From positions 22,613 through 86,612 of the forward strand of contig JAMCRP010000001.1 of assembly GCA_023380635.1 (NCBI GenBank): a stretch of 64,000 bases of DNA. Direction: 5' to 3'. Position numbers and translations under genes: made by a program. How positions within the stretch are numbered: the first letter of the stretch is position 1; each line of letters starts with the position of its first letter. Source of the DNA: Patescibacteria group bacterium. Its GTDB lineage: Bacteria > Patescibacteriota > Microgenomatia > JAMCZE01. The notes beneath the pieces are model-generated. The model was not told where the DNA came from. It ran no database searches and saw nothing but the letters and a program-made list of their open reading frames with translations. Positions 8,370-17,617 of this stretch are shown in pieces.

Positions 8370-9668
8370 TTGGGCCCGTATTTGGGGCCTAATATTTTGC
8401 TTAAGATGGCCCGGGCTTTGAAGAATATTACTTTTTTTCAAGTTCTGAAGATCGATGCCTTTCGTAACCTCTGGCTTTCCCAACTGCTATCTCAGGTGTT
8501 TTTAAATCTGCTCTTTTTCTCCCTCATGATCCGAATTTATGAAATTACCCGGAGCAATTCCGCCGTTTCGGTTGTTGTCCTGCTGGTGACAATCCCTAAC
8601 ATTTTTTTGGGAGCCTTAGCCGGCGTTCTGGTAGACCATTGGGGGCGCAAGCCGGTAATGTTTTTCTCCCATTTCCTGCGCGTTCTGGCGGTGCTGGCGT
8701 TTCTGGTCTCGGCAGAAACAATTGGCTGGCTTTACTCCCTGGTTTTTTTAATTAGTATTATTACCCAGTTTTTCTTCCCGGCGGAAGCGGGAACGATCCA
8801 TGAAGTGGTTAAGGATCAAAAACTCCTCTTAACGGCTAACAGCCTTTTTTCCGTGACTTTTTTTGCTTCGGTAATTGTGGGTAATGTTTTGGCCGGACCG
8901 TTTCTGCAGCTTTTCGGGCCGCAGTGGACATTCATGGTCGTGGCGATGGCTTTTTTAGTTGCCTCGGTTTTCACCAGCAGACTTCCGGGAAAACCGGTTT
9001 GGGAATTTACTCAAACCCACCGGGAATTGGATTTTGCCAAACTTTTCAGCGACTTTCTGGTAGGTTTGGATTATCTTTATCATAATCCGGTTGTCCGGCG
9101 GGGAATTTATCTTTTAGGAGCCTCTCAGATTACCATCGGGATCCTAGGGGTCATTGCTCCGGGGTTTGCAGACCAGGTTTTACATTTGCCGGTCACAGAT
9201 GTTTCGCTTTTGGTCATGGCTCCGGCGGCCGCCGGGATGGTATTGGGGGCGGTTTCCATCGGTCAATTTATGGGTGGCTTTAAACGGGAAAACCTGATTC
9301 AGGGCGGCTTTTTAGCGGCAGCGCTGGTCTTGATAATTTATTCTCTGGTGGATAAATTGGCTGGCCCGACGGGTTTACCGGTAATTCCGATCAGTCTGGT
9401 AATTCTTCTGACCCTTGGTTTTACCAATGCTTTTTTAGATATTCCGGTCAACACCTTAATTCAGGAAAATACGCCTCCCGAGATTCGCTCCCGGGTTTAC
9501 GGAGTAGTTTCTTCAGTGATTGGTCTGGCCGGAGTGGTGCCGATTGTCCTGTCCGGAGCCTTGGCGGATGTTATCGGCGTACGGTTTGTGATGATGTTTA
9601 CCGGCATAATCCTTTTGATCCTGGCGATAAAGTATAATAGAGAAACTTATGCTTCCAGTTCTTCTTAG
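8370..9668 (+). CDS. MFS-family transporter
   Basis: About 12 hydrophobic helices, MFS-like GxLxDRxGRKP motif (GALAGVLVDHWGRKP); 432 aa. Start possibly at the internal Met at 8406. Confidence 0.7.
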   Translation: MGPYLGPNILLKMARALKNITFFQVLKIDAFRNLWLSQLLSQVFLNLLFFSLMIRIYEITRSNSAVSVVVLLVTIPNIFLGALAGVLVDHWGRKPVMFFSHFLRVLAVLAFLVSAETIGWLYSLVFLISIITQFFFPAEAGTIHEVVKDQKLLLTANSLFSVTFFASVIVGNVLAGPFLQLFGPQWTFMVVAMAFLVASVFTSRLPGKPVWEFTQTHRELDFAKLFSDFLVGLDYLYHNPVVRRGIYLLGASQITIGILGVIAPGFADQVLHLPVTDVSLLVMAPAAAGMVLGAVSIGQFMGGFKRENLIQGGFLAAALVLIIYSLVDKLAGPTGLPVIPISLVILLTLGFTNAFLDIPVNTLIQENTPPEIRSRVYGVVSSVIGLAGVVPIVLSGALADVIGVRFVMMFTGIILLILAIKYNRETYASSSS

Positions 9669-10680
9669 GGTCGGCCCGGTCACTATTTACAGCTTTGGGG
9701 TTTTTTTAAGCCTGGCGGTTCTTTTGGCCTCATTTCTGGTTTGGAAGCAGGCCCGCAAAAAGGGTCTGCCGGAAGAAAAAGTTTTCGACACTTTTATTTT
9801 AACCATTTTTGTCGCCATAATCTTTGCCCGGCTGGGCTATGTTTTTTCCCACTGGGAGGTGTTCGGGGCAGATCCGTCGCGGATTTTTCTGTTTAATCAT
9901 TACGCCGGGCTGTCTTTTCCCTGGGGTTTTGCCGGAGGATTAGTCGCCGCCATGGTAAGCTCGCACATTTTAGAATTGGAAAGCCTTCTGATTCTGGATT
10001 ATTTTGCTCTGGCTTTCTCCTGGGCGGTTACCGTCGGCTGGGCAGGGTGTTTTCTTGACGGTTGTTTGGTGGGCGCCCCGAAATATCTTCTCCCGGCAAT
10101 GCTGGTTATTTTTGCCGCCATTGCCGCACTCCTTTTGGCTCTTAACTATAAAATTAATGCTAGCCCCAAATTGGTTGATTTAGCGCGTCGCCCCGGGCTT
10201 TTTATGTCTTCCTACTTGATTTTTTTCCTGAGTTCATTTTTAATACTTGGTGAAGCTACTGGCAGCGCGGAAAAGGTTATTTACCTGGCGATAATTGCTG
10301 TTAGCGGCATTGTCTTTATGGTCAAGTTTCCTGCATCGGTATTAAAACAGATTAAAACCTACCTCGAAGAGAAACACCGCGACGCGGAACACCGGCTGCA
10401 TGATCTTAAAAAAGAAGATCCGTTCGCGGATAATTCCCGGCTCTTGGATCGGGCATCGGAGGATACGGAAGCAGCAGCCAAGGCCGGACATGAACGCGTC
10501 GCCGCCATGCAACAGCAATTAAACCTCGTGATGGTTTCGACCCGCAAGGCTCTGACAAAGATTAAAATCGGTAAATACGGCATCTGCGAAGGCTGCGGCA
10601 AGATGATTGATACGGACCGTTTGGCCGCTATGCCGACAGCCACCCTTTGTTTATCCTGCGAAAAGAAGCGGGAGCGCTAA
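9649..10680 (+). CDS. Fusion protein: Lgt-like (prolipoprotein diacylglyceryl transferase family) membrane domain + C-terminal DksA/TraR C4 zinc-finger domain
   Basis: N-terminus VGPVTIYSFGVFLSLAVLLASFLV...IFARLGYVFSHW resembles Lgt (IGPVALHWYGL...GGRIGYVL). Lgt signature G-R-x-G-N region is degenerate (GWAGCFLDGCLVG). C-terminus RKALTKIKIGKYGICEGCGKMIDTDRLAAMPTATLCLSCEKK is a DksA/TraR CxxC-x17-CxxC finger; 343 aa. Confidence 0.55.
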   Translation: MLPVLLRVGPVTIYSFGVFLSLAVLLASFLVWKQARKKGLPEEKVFDTFILTIFVAIIFARLGYVFSHWEVFGADPSRIFLFNHYAGLSFPWGFAGGLVAAMVSSHILELESLLILDYFALAFSWAVTVGWAGCFLDGCLVGAPKYLLPAMLVIFAAIAALLLALNYKINASPKLVDLARRPGLFMSSYLIFFLSSFLILGEATGSAEKVIYLAIIAVSGIVFMVKFPASVLKQIKTYLEEKHRDAEHRLHDLKKEDPFADNSRLLDRASEDTEAAAKAGHERVAAMQQQLNLVMVSTRKALTKIKIGKYGICEGCGKMIDTDRLAAMPTATLCLSCEKKRER

Positions 10681-11414
10681 TGTCTCCACGAATTATCTTC
10701 GAAGACGACGCACTTCTGGTGATTGATAAACCTGCGGGAGTGGTAGTTAACCGGGCGGAAACAGCCGCGAAATCAGAGACGATTCAGGATTTCGCGGAAT
10801 TTAAAATTTTAAATTTAAAATTTAAAATTGTAACGGAAATAGAAAAGGAGTTTGCCAGCCGGGCGGGTATTGTCCATCGGTTAGATAAAGACACTTCAGG
10901 TGTACTGGTAATCGCCAAGACTCCCCAGGCATTCGAGAACTTAAAGAATCAATTTAAAAACCGGGAAACGACCAAAAAGTACCTGGCCCTGGTTCACGGG
11001 GAAGTCTATCCCGCCGCTGGCACGATAAAAGCCCCAATTGAACGCAATCCCTTTAACCGGATGCATTTTGGTGTTTTTCCCGGAGGAAGAAAGGCGGAAA
11101 CGAAATATCGGATGCTTAACTATCTTAAGGATCTTAAGAATTTTAAGTTCACTTACCTCGAATGCGAACCGAAAACGGGCCGAACTCATCAAATTCGGGT
11201 TCATTTAAAATACCTCAACCATCCCCTCGTTTCTGATCCGATTTACGCAGGAAGAAAACAGTCGAAACAGGATCTAACCTGGTGTCCGCGGCTTTTTTTA
11301 CACGCCGCTTCACTGACTTTTCGTCATCCGGTAACGGACGAAGTGATGTCATTTTCTTTGCCGCTGCCTTCCGATCTTCAGAGTGCATTAGATAAGCTGG
11401 TCAAAGTAGACTAA
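10647..11414 (+). CDS. RluA-family pseudouridine synthase
   Basis: Catalytic motif HRLDKDTSGVLVIAKT, LVHG, and GRTHQIRVHL motif; 255 aa. Contains AT-rich tandem repeat aatttaaaattttaaatttaaaatttaaaatt (10800-10830) encoding EFKILNLKFKIV. Confidence 0.85.
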   Translation: MFILRKEAGALMSPRIIFEDDALLVIDKPAGVVVNRAETAAKSETIQDFAEFKILNLKFKIVTEIEKEFASRAGIVHRLDKDTSGVLVIAKTPQAFENLKNQFKNRETTKKYLALVHGEVYPAAGTIKAPIERNPFNRMHFGVFPGGRKAETKYRMLNYLKDLKNFKFTYLECEPKTGRTHQIRVHLKYLNHPLVSDPIYAGRKQSKQDLTWCPRLFLHAASLTFRHPVTDEVMSFSLPLPSDLQSALDKLVKVD

Positions 11415-11439
11415 TGAGATAAATTTGGTTTAGAATAAA

Positions 11440-13116
11440 TTGATGGTATCTCTGTTGGTAGTTTTCCTGGTGGCTTTTTTAGGCGCCTGGGTTGCCAAGA
11501 AACTTAATCAGCCTGTTTTAACCGGTTATCTTCTGGCCGGTTTAATTTCGACAATTATCCTCGGTCCGGTTTTCCAGACAGCGGATCTTAACGAACTGGC
11601 AGATCTGGGGCTGGCTTTTTTAATGTTTGTCGTGGGGATGGAATTTTCTTTCCGCAGGCTTAGCCGGGTGCGCAATATTGCCGTTTTCGGAGCTATTATC
11701 CAGATGGTTCTAACGACCATAATTTTCTCCTTCTTTACCGGATCGATCCTTACCGGCGTAGTGTTTTCTCTGTCATCGACGGCGATTGTCGTGAAGCTGC
11801 TGTCGGAAAGGGGAGAGCTCGATACGCTCCCGTCGGAAATTATGGTTGGCTGGCTTTTGGTTCAGGATCTGGCGGTCGTGCCGATTTTAACCGTTTTGCC
11901 CGCCATATCCGTGGGCGGTTCGCTTAACTCGATGGTTTCCGCCCTGACTTTTTCGCTTCTTAAGGCAGCGGTTTTACTGTACCTCGTTTTAATTCTCGGC
12001 AAAAAGATTGTGCCCAGGCTTTTAACCAAGGTAGCAGAAACCGGCAGTCGGGAAGTGCTTCTAATTGCTGTTGTAGGGCTGGTCTTGCTTTCGGCAGCAG
12101 TAACCAGTTATTTTGGTCTGTCTTTTGCTCTCGGGGCGTTTCTGGCCGGGCTATTAATTGCTGAGGGAGCTTCGCAGCACGCGATTTTCAGCGAGATCCG
12201 GCCCCTGCGGGATGTGTTTGCCGTGGTCTTTTTTGTGACGCTCGGGGTTTTGGTTTCGCCGCAGTTTTTGGCAGCTAATTGGTTAATGGTTCTTAAATTT
12301 ACCCTCTTGGTAATTCTTGTAAAGTTTGTCGTCAGCCTGGCGGTAACTCTGTTTTTCAAATACCATTTAAAAACGGCTTTACAGGTTGGTTTATCTTTAA
12401 CTCAGGTAGGAGAATTTGCTTTTGTGGTGGCTCGCCTCGGGCTTTCCGGAAGTTTGATAGACCAAAACACCTACTCTTTAATTCTGGCGGTGACAATTTT
12501 AACAATGATGGTGACACCCTGGCAGCTTGGTTTAGCGGTGTCCGTTTATGAAGATCTGCGAAAACTGGCAGCGCGCTGGTCGCCCCGGCTCTACGACCTT
12601 TTATTCTCCAGTTTTGATCATTACCGCAAGGAACATTCGGAAGTGGAACTTTCCGATCATGTGGTCATTTGCGGCCACGGCCGGGTAGGAAAACATATCA
12701 CGAGAATTCTGGCTATGGCCGGCGTGCCCTATGTCGTGGTGGACTATAATCACAATGTTACTTCGGAACTGGCAGCAACCGGGGTCCCCACAGTTTTGGG
12801 TGATCCGACCGACCGGGAAGTCCTGGCTTTTTCCGGTATCGGTCGGGCGAAAGCAGTCATGGTGGCAGTGCCGGACCGTTATTCTCAGGAATTAATTATT
12901 GAAAACGCCTTGAACCTTCGCCCGGGCGTCGCGATTGTCTGCCGGTCGCACTTTGAAGAAGACCACCGGCGGCTCTACGCTTTGGGGGCCACGGCGGTGG
13001 TTTCGCCGGAGCTTGAAGCCGGGCTGTCCATGAGCCACCGGGTCCTGGACTCTCTGGGAGTAGACAAGGTGCGGACAGCAACTTATCTTAAGCAAGCGAG
13101 AAGAGAAGTACAGTAA
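11440..13116 (+). CDS. Kef-type (CPA2) cation/proton antiporter with C-terminal RCK/TrkA-N domain
   Basis: About 12-13 TM helices, then a Rossmann motif VVICGHGRVGKHITRIL typical of KefB/KefC RCK domains; 558 aa. Confidence 0.8.
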   Translation: MMVSLLVVFLVAFLGAWVAKKLNQPVLTGYLLAGLISTIILGPVFQTADLNELADLGLAFLMFVVGMEFSFRRLSRVRNIAVFGAIIQMVLTTIIFSFFTGSILTGVVFSLSSTAIVVKLLSERGELDTLPSEIMVGWLLVQDLAVVPILTVLPAISVGGSLNSMVSALTFSLLKAAVLLYLVLILGKKIVPRLLTKVAETGSREVLLIAVVGLVLLSAAVTSYFGLSFALGAFLAGLLIAEGASQHAIFSEIRPLRDVFAVVFFVTLGVLVSPQFLAANWLMVLKFTLLVILVKFVVSLAVTLFFKYHLKTALQVGLSLTQVGEFAFVVARLGLSGSLIDQNTYSLILAVTILTMMVTPWQLGLAVSVYEDLRKLAARWSPRLYDLLFSSFDHYRKEHSEVELSDHVVICGHGRVGKHITRILAMAGVPYVVVDYNHNVTSELAATGVPTVLGDPTDREVLAFSGIGRAKAVMVAVPDRYSQELIIENALNLRPGVAIVCRSHFEEDHRRLYALGATAVVSPELEAGLSMSHRVLDSLGVDKVRTATYLKQARREVQ

Positions 13117-13123
13117 CAATGAA

Positions 13124-13148
13124 AATTTTCAATTGTAAATTGAAAATT
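13124..13148. promoter_or_regulatory. Perfect 11-bp inverted repeat (aattttcaatt gta aattgaaaatt) 8 bp upstream of the RNHCP-gene start codon; candidate operator
   Basis: Arms at 13124-13134 and 13138-13148 are exact reverse complements separated by 3 bp. Sits between the kef stop (13116) and ATG at 13156, overlapping the expected RBS/-10 region. Confidence 0.4.
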
Positions 13149-13155
13149 ACTGAGG

Positions 13156-13470
13156 ATGCCTAAATTTATTGCCAGGAATGACCCGTTCGTTTGCGAACAC
13201 TGCCGTAAAAAGGTAGAACCAATTAAATATGGCGGTTCTTACCGCAACCACTGCCCATACTGTCTTTGGAGCAAGCACGTGGATAGCGATATGCCCGGCG
13301 ACCGGGCCAATTCCTGCCAGGGTTTAATGGAACCCGTGGCCGTTACCACCCGGCGTACCGGGGAATTTGTCTTAACCCACCGCTGCGTCAAATGCGGCTT
13401 TGAACGCTTTAACCGGATTGCAGGCGACGATGATTTTGCTAAAATAACGGAGTTAAGTACCAGGCACTAA
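13156..13470 (+). CDS. RNHCP-domain protein (small Cys-rich zinc-ribbon-like protein)
   Basis: Contains the eponymous RNHCPYC motif plus CEHC and CVKCG Cys pairs; 104 aa. Confidence 0.6.
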   Translation: MPKFIARNDPFVCEHCRKKVEPIKYGGSYRNHCPYCLWSKHVDSDMPGDRANSCQGLMEPVAVTTRRTGEFVLTHRCVKCGFERFNRIAGDDDFAKITELSTRH

Positions 13471-13605
13471 GATGAACCTTAGTTTCGGTCCCGAAAAAAC
13501 CCGCAGGAGATTCGGGGAGAACATGAAATTTCTGACCGGACGAAGAAAGGGCCGGTTAAAGCTGAACGAGATTGCTTCGCAAAAGCCGTAATGCCATAAT
13601 ATGGC

Positions 13606-14814
13606 GTGTTTAAATTTGAAATTACCGCTTCAGATAAACGCGCCCGGGTTGGAAAACTAACCACGCCTCATGGAGTAGTGGAGACCCCTGTTTTTTTGCC
13701 GGTCGGAACACAGGCCAGTGTCAAATCTCTGACTCCGGAAGATCTCGAAAAAATCGGAACCCAAATGATCCTGGCCAACACTTATCATTTATATCTTCGC
13801 CCGGGAGCGGATGCGGTATCCAAGATGGGGGGACTGCATGAGTTTATGCACTGGGACCGGCCAATTCTGACAGATTCGGGCGGGTTTCAGGTTTTCAGTT
13901 TGGGTTTTGGCATTGAACACCAGGTCGGCAAAATGATTGACCTGTTTGCCAAGGACATGGTTTTGGGAGAAACAATCGCGGTTGATCCCAAAGAACTGGT
14001 GGTGCGGACCAAACTGTGCAAAATTGAAGAAGACGGCCCGACTTTTCAGTCGCATATTGACGGGACAGTGCACTTCTTTTCGCCGGAAATTTCGGTGGAA
14101 ACTCAGCAGAAACTAGGCTCAGATTTTATTGTCGCTTTGGATGAATGTACCAGCCCATTACATGACTACGAATACACCCAGCTTTCAATGAAAAGAAGCC
14201 ATCGCTGGGAATTAAGATCACTTAATCATATGCGATCCTTTGCTAAAGCTCGGGATGGCCTTTCACAGGCCATGTTTGGCGTCATACAAGGAGGCCCGTT
14301 TGAAGATTTGCGGATCGAATCGGCTAAATTTGTTTCGGAGAATGATTTTTTTGGTGTCGGGGTTGGCGGAGCCCTGGTTTCCAAGGCAAAAATGAAAGAA
14401 ATTCTTGACTGGATTCACCCGCATTTACATCCGGGAAAACCCCGGCATTTGCTGGGTATCGGGACAGTAGACGATATTTTTGAGGGAGTTGAGCGGGGAG
14501 TCGATATTTTTGACTGTGTTCACCCGACCCGGATCGCCCGGATGGGCTGGCTGCTGGTTAAAAACGGCACGGTAGATATCAATAAAAGTATTTATTCTTT
14601 AGACAAAAAATCTATAGAGGAGGGGTGTAATTGTTATACTTGCCAAAATTATTCCCGGGCGTACCTTCATCATTTATTCCGTGCTAGAGAACTATTGGCT
14701 TATCGTTTGGCGACAATTCATAATTTGTACTTCATGGACCAGCTGATGAAGAAAATCCGGAAGGCCATTCGTGAAAAAAGGTTTGCAAAACTGAAAGCGG
14801 ATTGGCTACAATAA
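13606..14814 (+). CDS. tgt: Queuine tRNA-ribosyltransferase
   Basis: ETPVFLPVGTQASVK, ILANTYHLYLRPG, LTDSGGFQVFSL, and zinc site CxCxxC...H (CNCYTCQNYSRAYLHHL); GTG start; 402 aa. Confidence 0.9.
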   Translation: MFKFEITASDKRARVGKLTTPHGVVETPVFLPVGTQASVKSLTPEDLEKIGTQMILANTYHLYLRPGADAVSKMGGLHEFMHWDRPILTDSGGFQVFSLGFGIEHQVGKMIDLFAKDMVLGETIAVDPKELVVRTKLCKIEEDGPTFQSHIDGTVHFFSPEISVETQQKLGSDFIVALDECTSPLHDYEYTQLSMKRSHRWELRSLNHMRSFAKARDGLSQAMFGVIQGGPFEDLRIESAKFVSENDFFGVGVGGALVSKAKMKEILDWIHPHLHPGKPRHLLGIGTVDDIFEGVERGVDIFDCVHPTRIARMGWLLVKNGTVDINKSIYSLDKKSIEEGCNCYTCQNYSRAYLHHLFRARELLAYRLATIHNLYFMDQLMKKIRKAIREKRFAKLKADWLQ

Positions 14815-14822
14815 AGGAATAA

Positions 14823-15761
14823 ATGAGACGCAGATCTGCCCATCGGCGCAAAGGGGGGAATTTTTATGGTGGCCTAATCCTTCTGTTAATTCTCGGTGGC
14901 TTGGCTTTAGGCGTTTGGAAAGCCCTGCCACTATTGCCATCGCTTCTAAAAGGAACTCATACTCATTATGATCGCATCAATATTGTTCTTGGAGGTCGGC
15001 AGACGGTTTTGGTTTCCTATAACCAGATCGGTAAATCCGCTGTTGTCGTCAAATTGCCGGGTGATTTATATCTTACGGAAGTGATTCATGGCTACGGGCA
15101 ATATAAAGTTTCTTCGGTTTATCCGGCAGGAGAATTGGACCATCGCGGAGGGGAAACTCTGGCCGGAACAGTGCAGGAATATCTGGGCGTGCCGGTTGAC
15201 GGTTATTATTACACAAACCGAACTCTGGGAGACCTTAAGACCTTTTTTCTTTCGCCGGAGTTTCTATTTGAGGCCAAATCAAATATCAGTCTTTTAGACC
15301 GGCTCGAACTGGCAATCGACCTTGCCGGGGTGCGTTTTGACAAGATACAATCTGTCGATTTGGAAAAAGTGGCTTCGCCGTTAGTGTTGGCTGACGGCTC
15401 GACAGCGATCAGTTTAGAAAAAGAAGAGGTAGATAGCGCCCTTTCAGGGATGTTTTCTGAAAGCCGCCTGCAGGATGAAAATTTGCGGGTCGAAGTTATT
15501 AACACGACCGAAGCCACCGGACTGGGCAGCCGGGCCCAACGACTGCTTTCCAATATCGGGTTAACGGTGGTTAATGTCGACAGCCGGGAACCGGCTTTGC
15601 CCACCTGCCAAATTCAAGCAGACAGCACCGCGTTTTCTTCGCTCACCGTCAGCCGGATTGCTGCTATTTACGGGTGTAAAATAGAAAAGAAAGACGACGG
15701 CAGCCGGGCGGCAGTGACCGTTATGCTGGGCCAAAATTACGCTGATTATTTAACAAAATGA
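14823..15761 (+). CDS. LytR-CpsA-Psr (LCP) family cell-envelope protein
   Basis: N-terminal basic segment plus TM, LCP-like core (INIVLGGRQ...VVVKLPGDLYL) and C-terminal LytR_C-like region; 312 aa. Confidence 0.5.
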   Translation: MRRRSAHRRKGGNFYGGLILLLILGGLALGVWKALPLLPSLLKGTHTHYDRINIVLGGRQTVLVSYNQIGKSAVVVKLPGDLYLTEVIHGYGQYKVSSVYPAGELDHRGGETLAGTVQEYLGVPVDGYYYTNRTLGDLKTFFLSPEFLFEAKSNISLLDRLELAIDLAGVRFDKIQSVDLEKVASPLVLADGSTAISLEKEEVDSALSGMFSESRLQDENLRVEVINTTEATGLGSRAQRLLSNIGLTVVNVDSREPALPTCQIQADSTAFSSLTVSRIAAIYGCKIEKKDDGSRAAVTVMLGQNYADYLTK

Positions 15762-15890
15762 ATATAATCCTGATATTTGCGATAATTTTTATGCTCTCCG
15801 GTGTCCTGGCTTGGCGGAGCTTAGGAGATTTGCACGCTCCGGAAATTATCGAGAAGATTAAGAAACGAAAGGGCAGTTTGTTCGGCGTAA

Positions 15891-16685
15891 TTAAGTTGCC
15901 TCAGGTTCCTCGTCAGCGTGAAGTTTAGAAGTAATCGAACTCTCATCATCTTCCGTTTCTGTAACCGGCGGCGTTTCGGTTAATAGTTCGTCACGAATAA
16001 AGCTGAAATAATCCTGGTTGCTTCCGACGAACGAGGGCGTGTCGGCAAACTTTTTGACCCTGGAGAGTTCCCGGATAAAAATAATTAGCTGGCTTTTGGA
16101 AACGGATTTTACCAGAGCGGTATAGCGGTTGCCGCCTTTAATCAAAATTCCCAGGCGGTGGCCCAGGTCATCGGGCAGAGAACCAAGATAGTTTGCTTCG
16201 ATGTCGGTGGCCACAACCGTGTGTCGTTTGCATTCCAAATGAACCTGGTCTGCCTGGTTGAGTCTCAGCAAAGTCCGCATGGGTGCCAGATTCACCAGGG
16301 CGACTAACTTGGTGCGGCCCGGCTCTTCCAGAAAATTGGGTGAAGAGCTGATGGTAACCGTGGGAGTGCAGGCGGGATGGGGAGTTTTTTTAGACGGGGT
16401 TGTTGAGAGCGCCCGGGACAGGTTGCGGGTGGCGATGGAATCGTAGCGGTCAATTTTTAAAACTTTCCGAAAGATTGTAGCGGCTTTTTTATTGTCACCA
16501 AGCTCCAAATAAGCTTTCCCCAGACGGTTGAGGCAGTCAACATCAGCTTCGTTATCCTTTTCCTTAAGTATCCGGGTGTTGAGGTCAACAGCGAGTTTCC
16601 AGTCATTACAGAGGGCGGCCTTGATAGCGTCGTCGCAGAGGTTGGTCATGCAGTAAATAAACTTAAGGAATTGTAGGGGATACAT
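15891..16685 (-). CDS. TPR-like repeat hypothetical protein with acidic C-terminus
   Basis: Track ORF 15891-16919 extends over the yebC start. Plausible start is the Met at 16685 (MYPLQFLKF...). TPR-like helices (LGKAYLELGDNKKAATIFRKVLKIDRYD). Confidence 0.4.
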   Translation of the reverse strand: MYPLQFLKFIYCMTNLCDDAIKAALCNDWKLAVDLNTRILKEKDNEADVDCLNRLGKAYLELGDNKKAATIFRKVLKIDRYDSIATRNLSRALSTTPSKKTPHPACTPTVTISSSPNFLEEPGRTKLVALVNLAPMRTLLRLNQADQVHLECKRHTVVATDIEANYLGSLPDDLGHRLGILIKGGNRYTALVKSVSKSQLIIFIRELSRVKKFADTPSFVGSNQDYFSFIRDELLTETPPVTETEDDESSITSKLHADEEPEAT

Positions 16686-16719
16686 TGTAAAAGTCAAGAG
16701 ATCATAGGATAATATCGGT

Positions 16720-17406
16720 ATGTCCGGACACTCAAAATGGGCCACAATTAAAAGAGACAAGGGCGCTAATGACGCCAAACGTGGCGCGGCTTTTACTAAG
16801 CTGGGCAACGCGATTTCCATCGCTGTCCGGCAGGGTGGAGGCGTTGACCCGAACTTTAACTTCCGGTTGCGGCTGGCCATCGACAAAGCTCGGGCAGCTA
16901 ACATGCCCAAGGAAAACATTCAGCGGGCAATCGATAAAGGGGCCGGAAAAGGGGAAGGAGCAGCTCTGACAGAAGCGGTTTTTGAAGGTTTTGGCCCAGG
17001 CGGGGCAGCTGTAATAGTTGAAGCGGTTTCGGATAATAACACCCGCACTGCGTCGGAAATCCGCAACCTTTTTAATAAACATGGCGGCAATCTGGGCACG
17101 CCCGGGTCAGTTTCCTATCTTTTTACCCGGGTAGGGGAAATTGAAGCGGATAACGGCGAAGCGGTGTTTGAAAAGGCGGTCGAAGCCGGAGCTCTCGATG
17201 TGGAGGACAATTTCGTCTATACTAGTCCTGAGGACTTGCACCAGGTTAGTGAAGCTTTGGGTAAATCAGGGAGCTTGGTATTCCGGCCGAATAAGGAAAC
17301 CATGGTAGAGGTGGCTGATGAAGAAACGAAGTCAAAGTTAAATAATTTATTGGAGGCCCTGGACAGCTTAGATGATGTCCAGGAAATTTATGTCAACGCC
17401 CGATAA
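16720..17406 (+). CDS. yebC: YebC/PmpR-family transcriptional regulator
   Basis: MSGHSKWATIKRDKGANDAKRGAAFTKLGNAISIAVRQGGGVDPNFNFRLRLAIDKARAANMPKENIQRAI is the canonical YebC N-terminus; 228 aa. Confidence 0.9.
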   Translation: MSGHSKWATIKRDKGANDAKRGAAFTKLGNAISIAVRQGGGVDPNFNFRLRLAIDKARAANMPKENIQRAIDKGAGKGEGAALTEAVFEGFGPGGAAVIVEAVSDNNTRTASEIRNLFNKHGGNLGTPGSVSYLFTRVGEIEADNGEAVFEKAVEAGALDVEDNFVYTSPEDLHQVSEALGKSGSLVFRPNKETMVEVADEETKSKLNNLLEALDSLDDVQEIYVNAR

Positions 17407-17614
17407 AAAAACGGAAACATTCATTGAAGGTTGGGATAAATTGTATGTTCCGCCCGAACCTGGCAGCTTGCGCGAAAAGTTTTATAAATTGTGGAAAAAA
17501 GAACCAAAAAGTAAAGAACCTGAGCCTCAGGCGACGCACCCTGATACGCTAGTGCCTCCCGTTGAAACTCCGGCGATGCGCAACTGGTCAGAAAGCAGTG
17601 AAAGGGAAATTTAG
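17390..17614 (+). CDS. Small Pro/Lys-rich hypothetical protein between yebC and ruvC
   Basis: ORF 17372-17614 (80 aa) overlapping the yebC 3' end; start uncertain; no motif. Could be non-coding. Confidence 0.25.
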   Translation: MSTPDKKTETFIEGWDKLYVPPEPGSLREKFYKLWKKEPKSKEPEPQATHPDTLVPPVETPAMRNWSESSEREI

Positions 17615-17617
17615 CTT

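Noticed and set aside
15758-15928. 56-aa plus-strand ORF (MNIILIFAIIFMLSGVLAW...) after the LCP gene
   Set aside because: Overlaps the 3' end of the convergent TPR-like gene and is below the track size cutoff. It could be a small membrane protein, but support is insufficient.
16686-16919. N-terminal extension of the track ORF 15891-16919
   Set aside because: Would overlap the divergent yebC start and promoter region. The internal Met at 16685 gives a sensible gene boundary.
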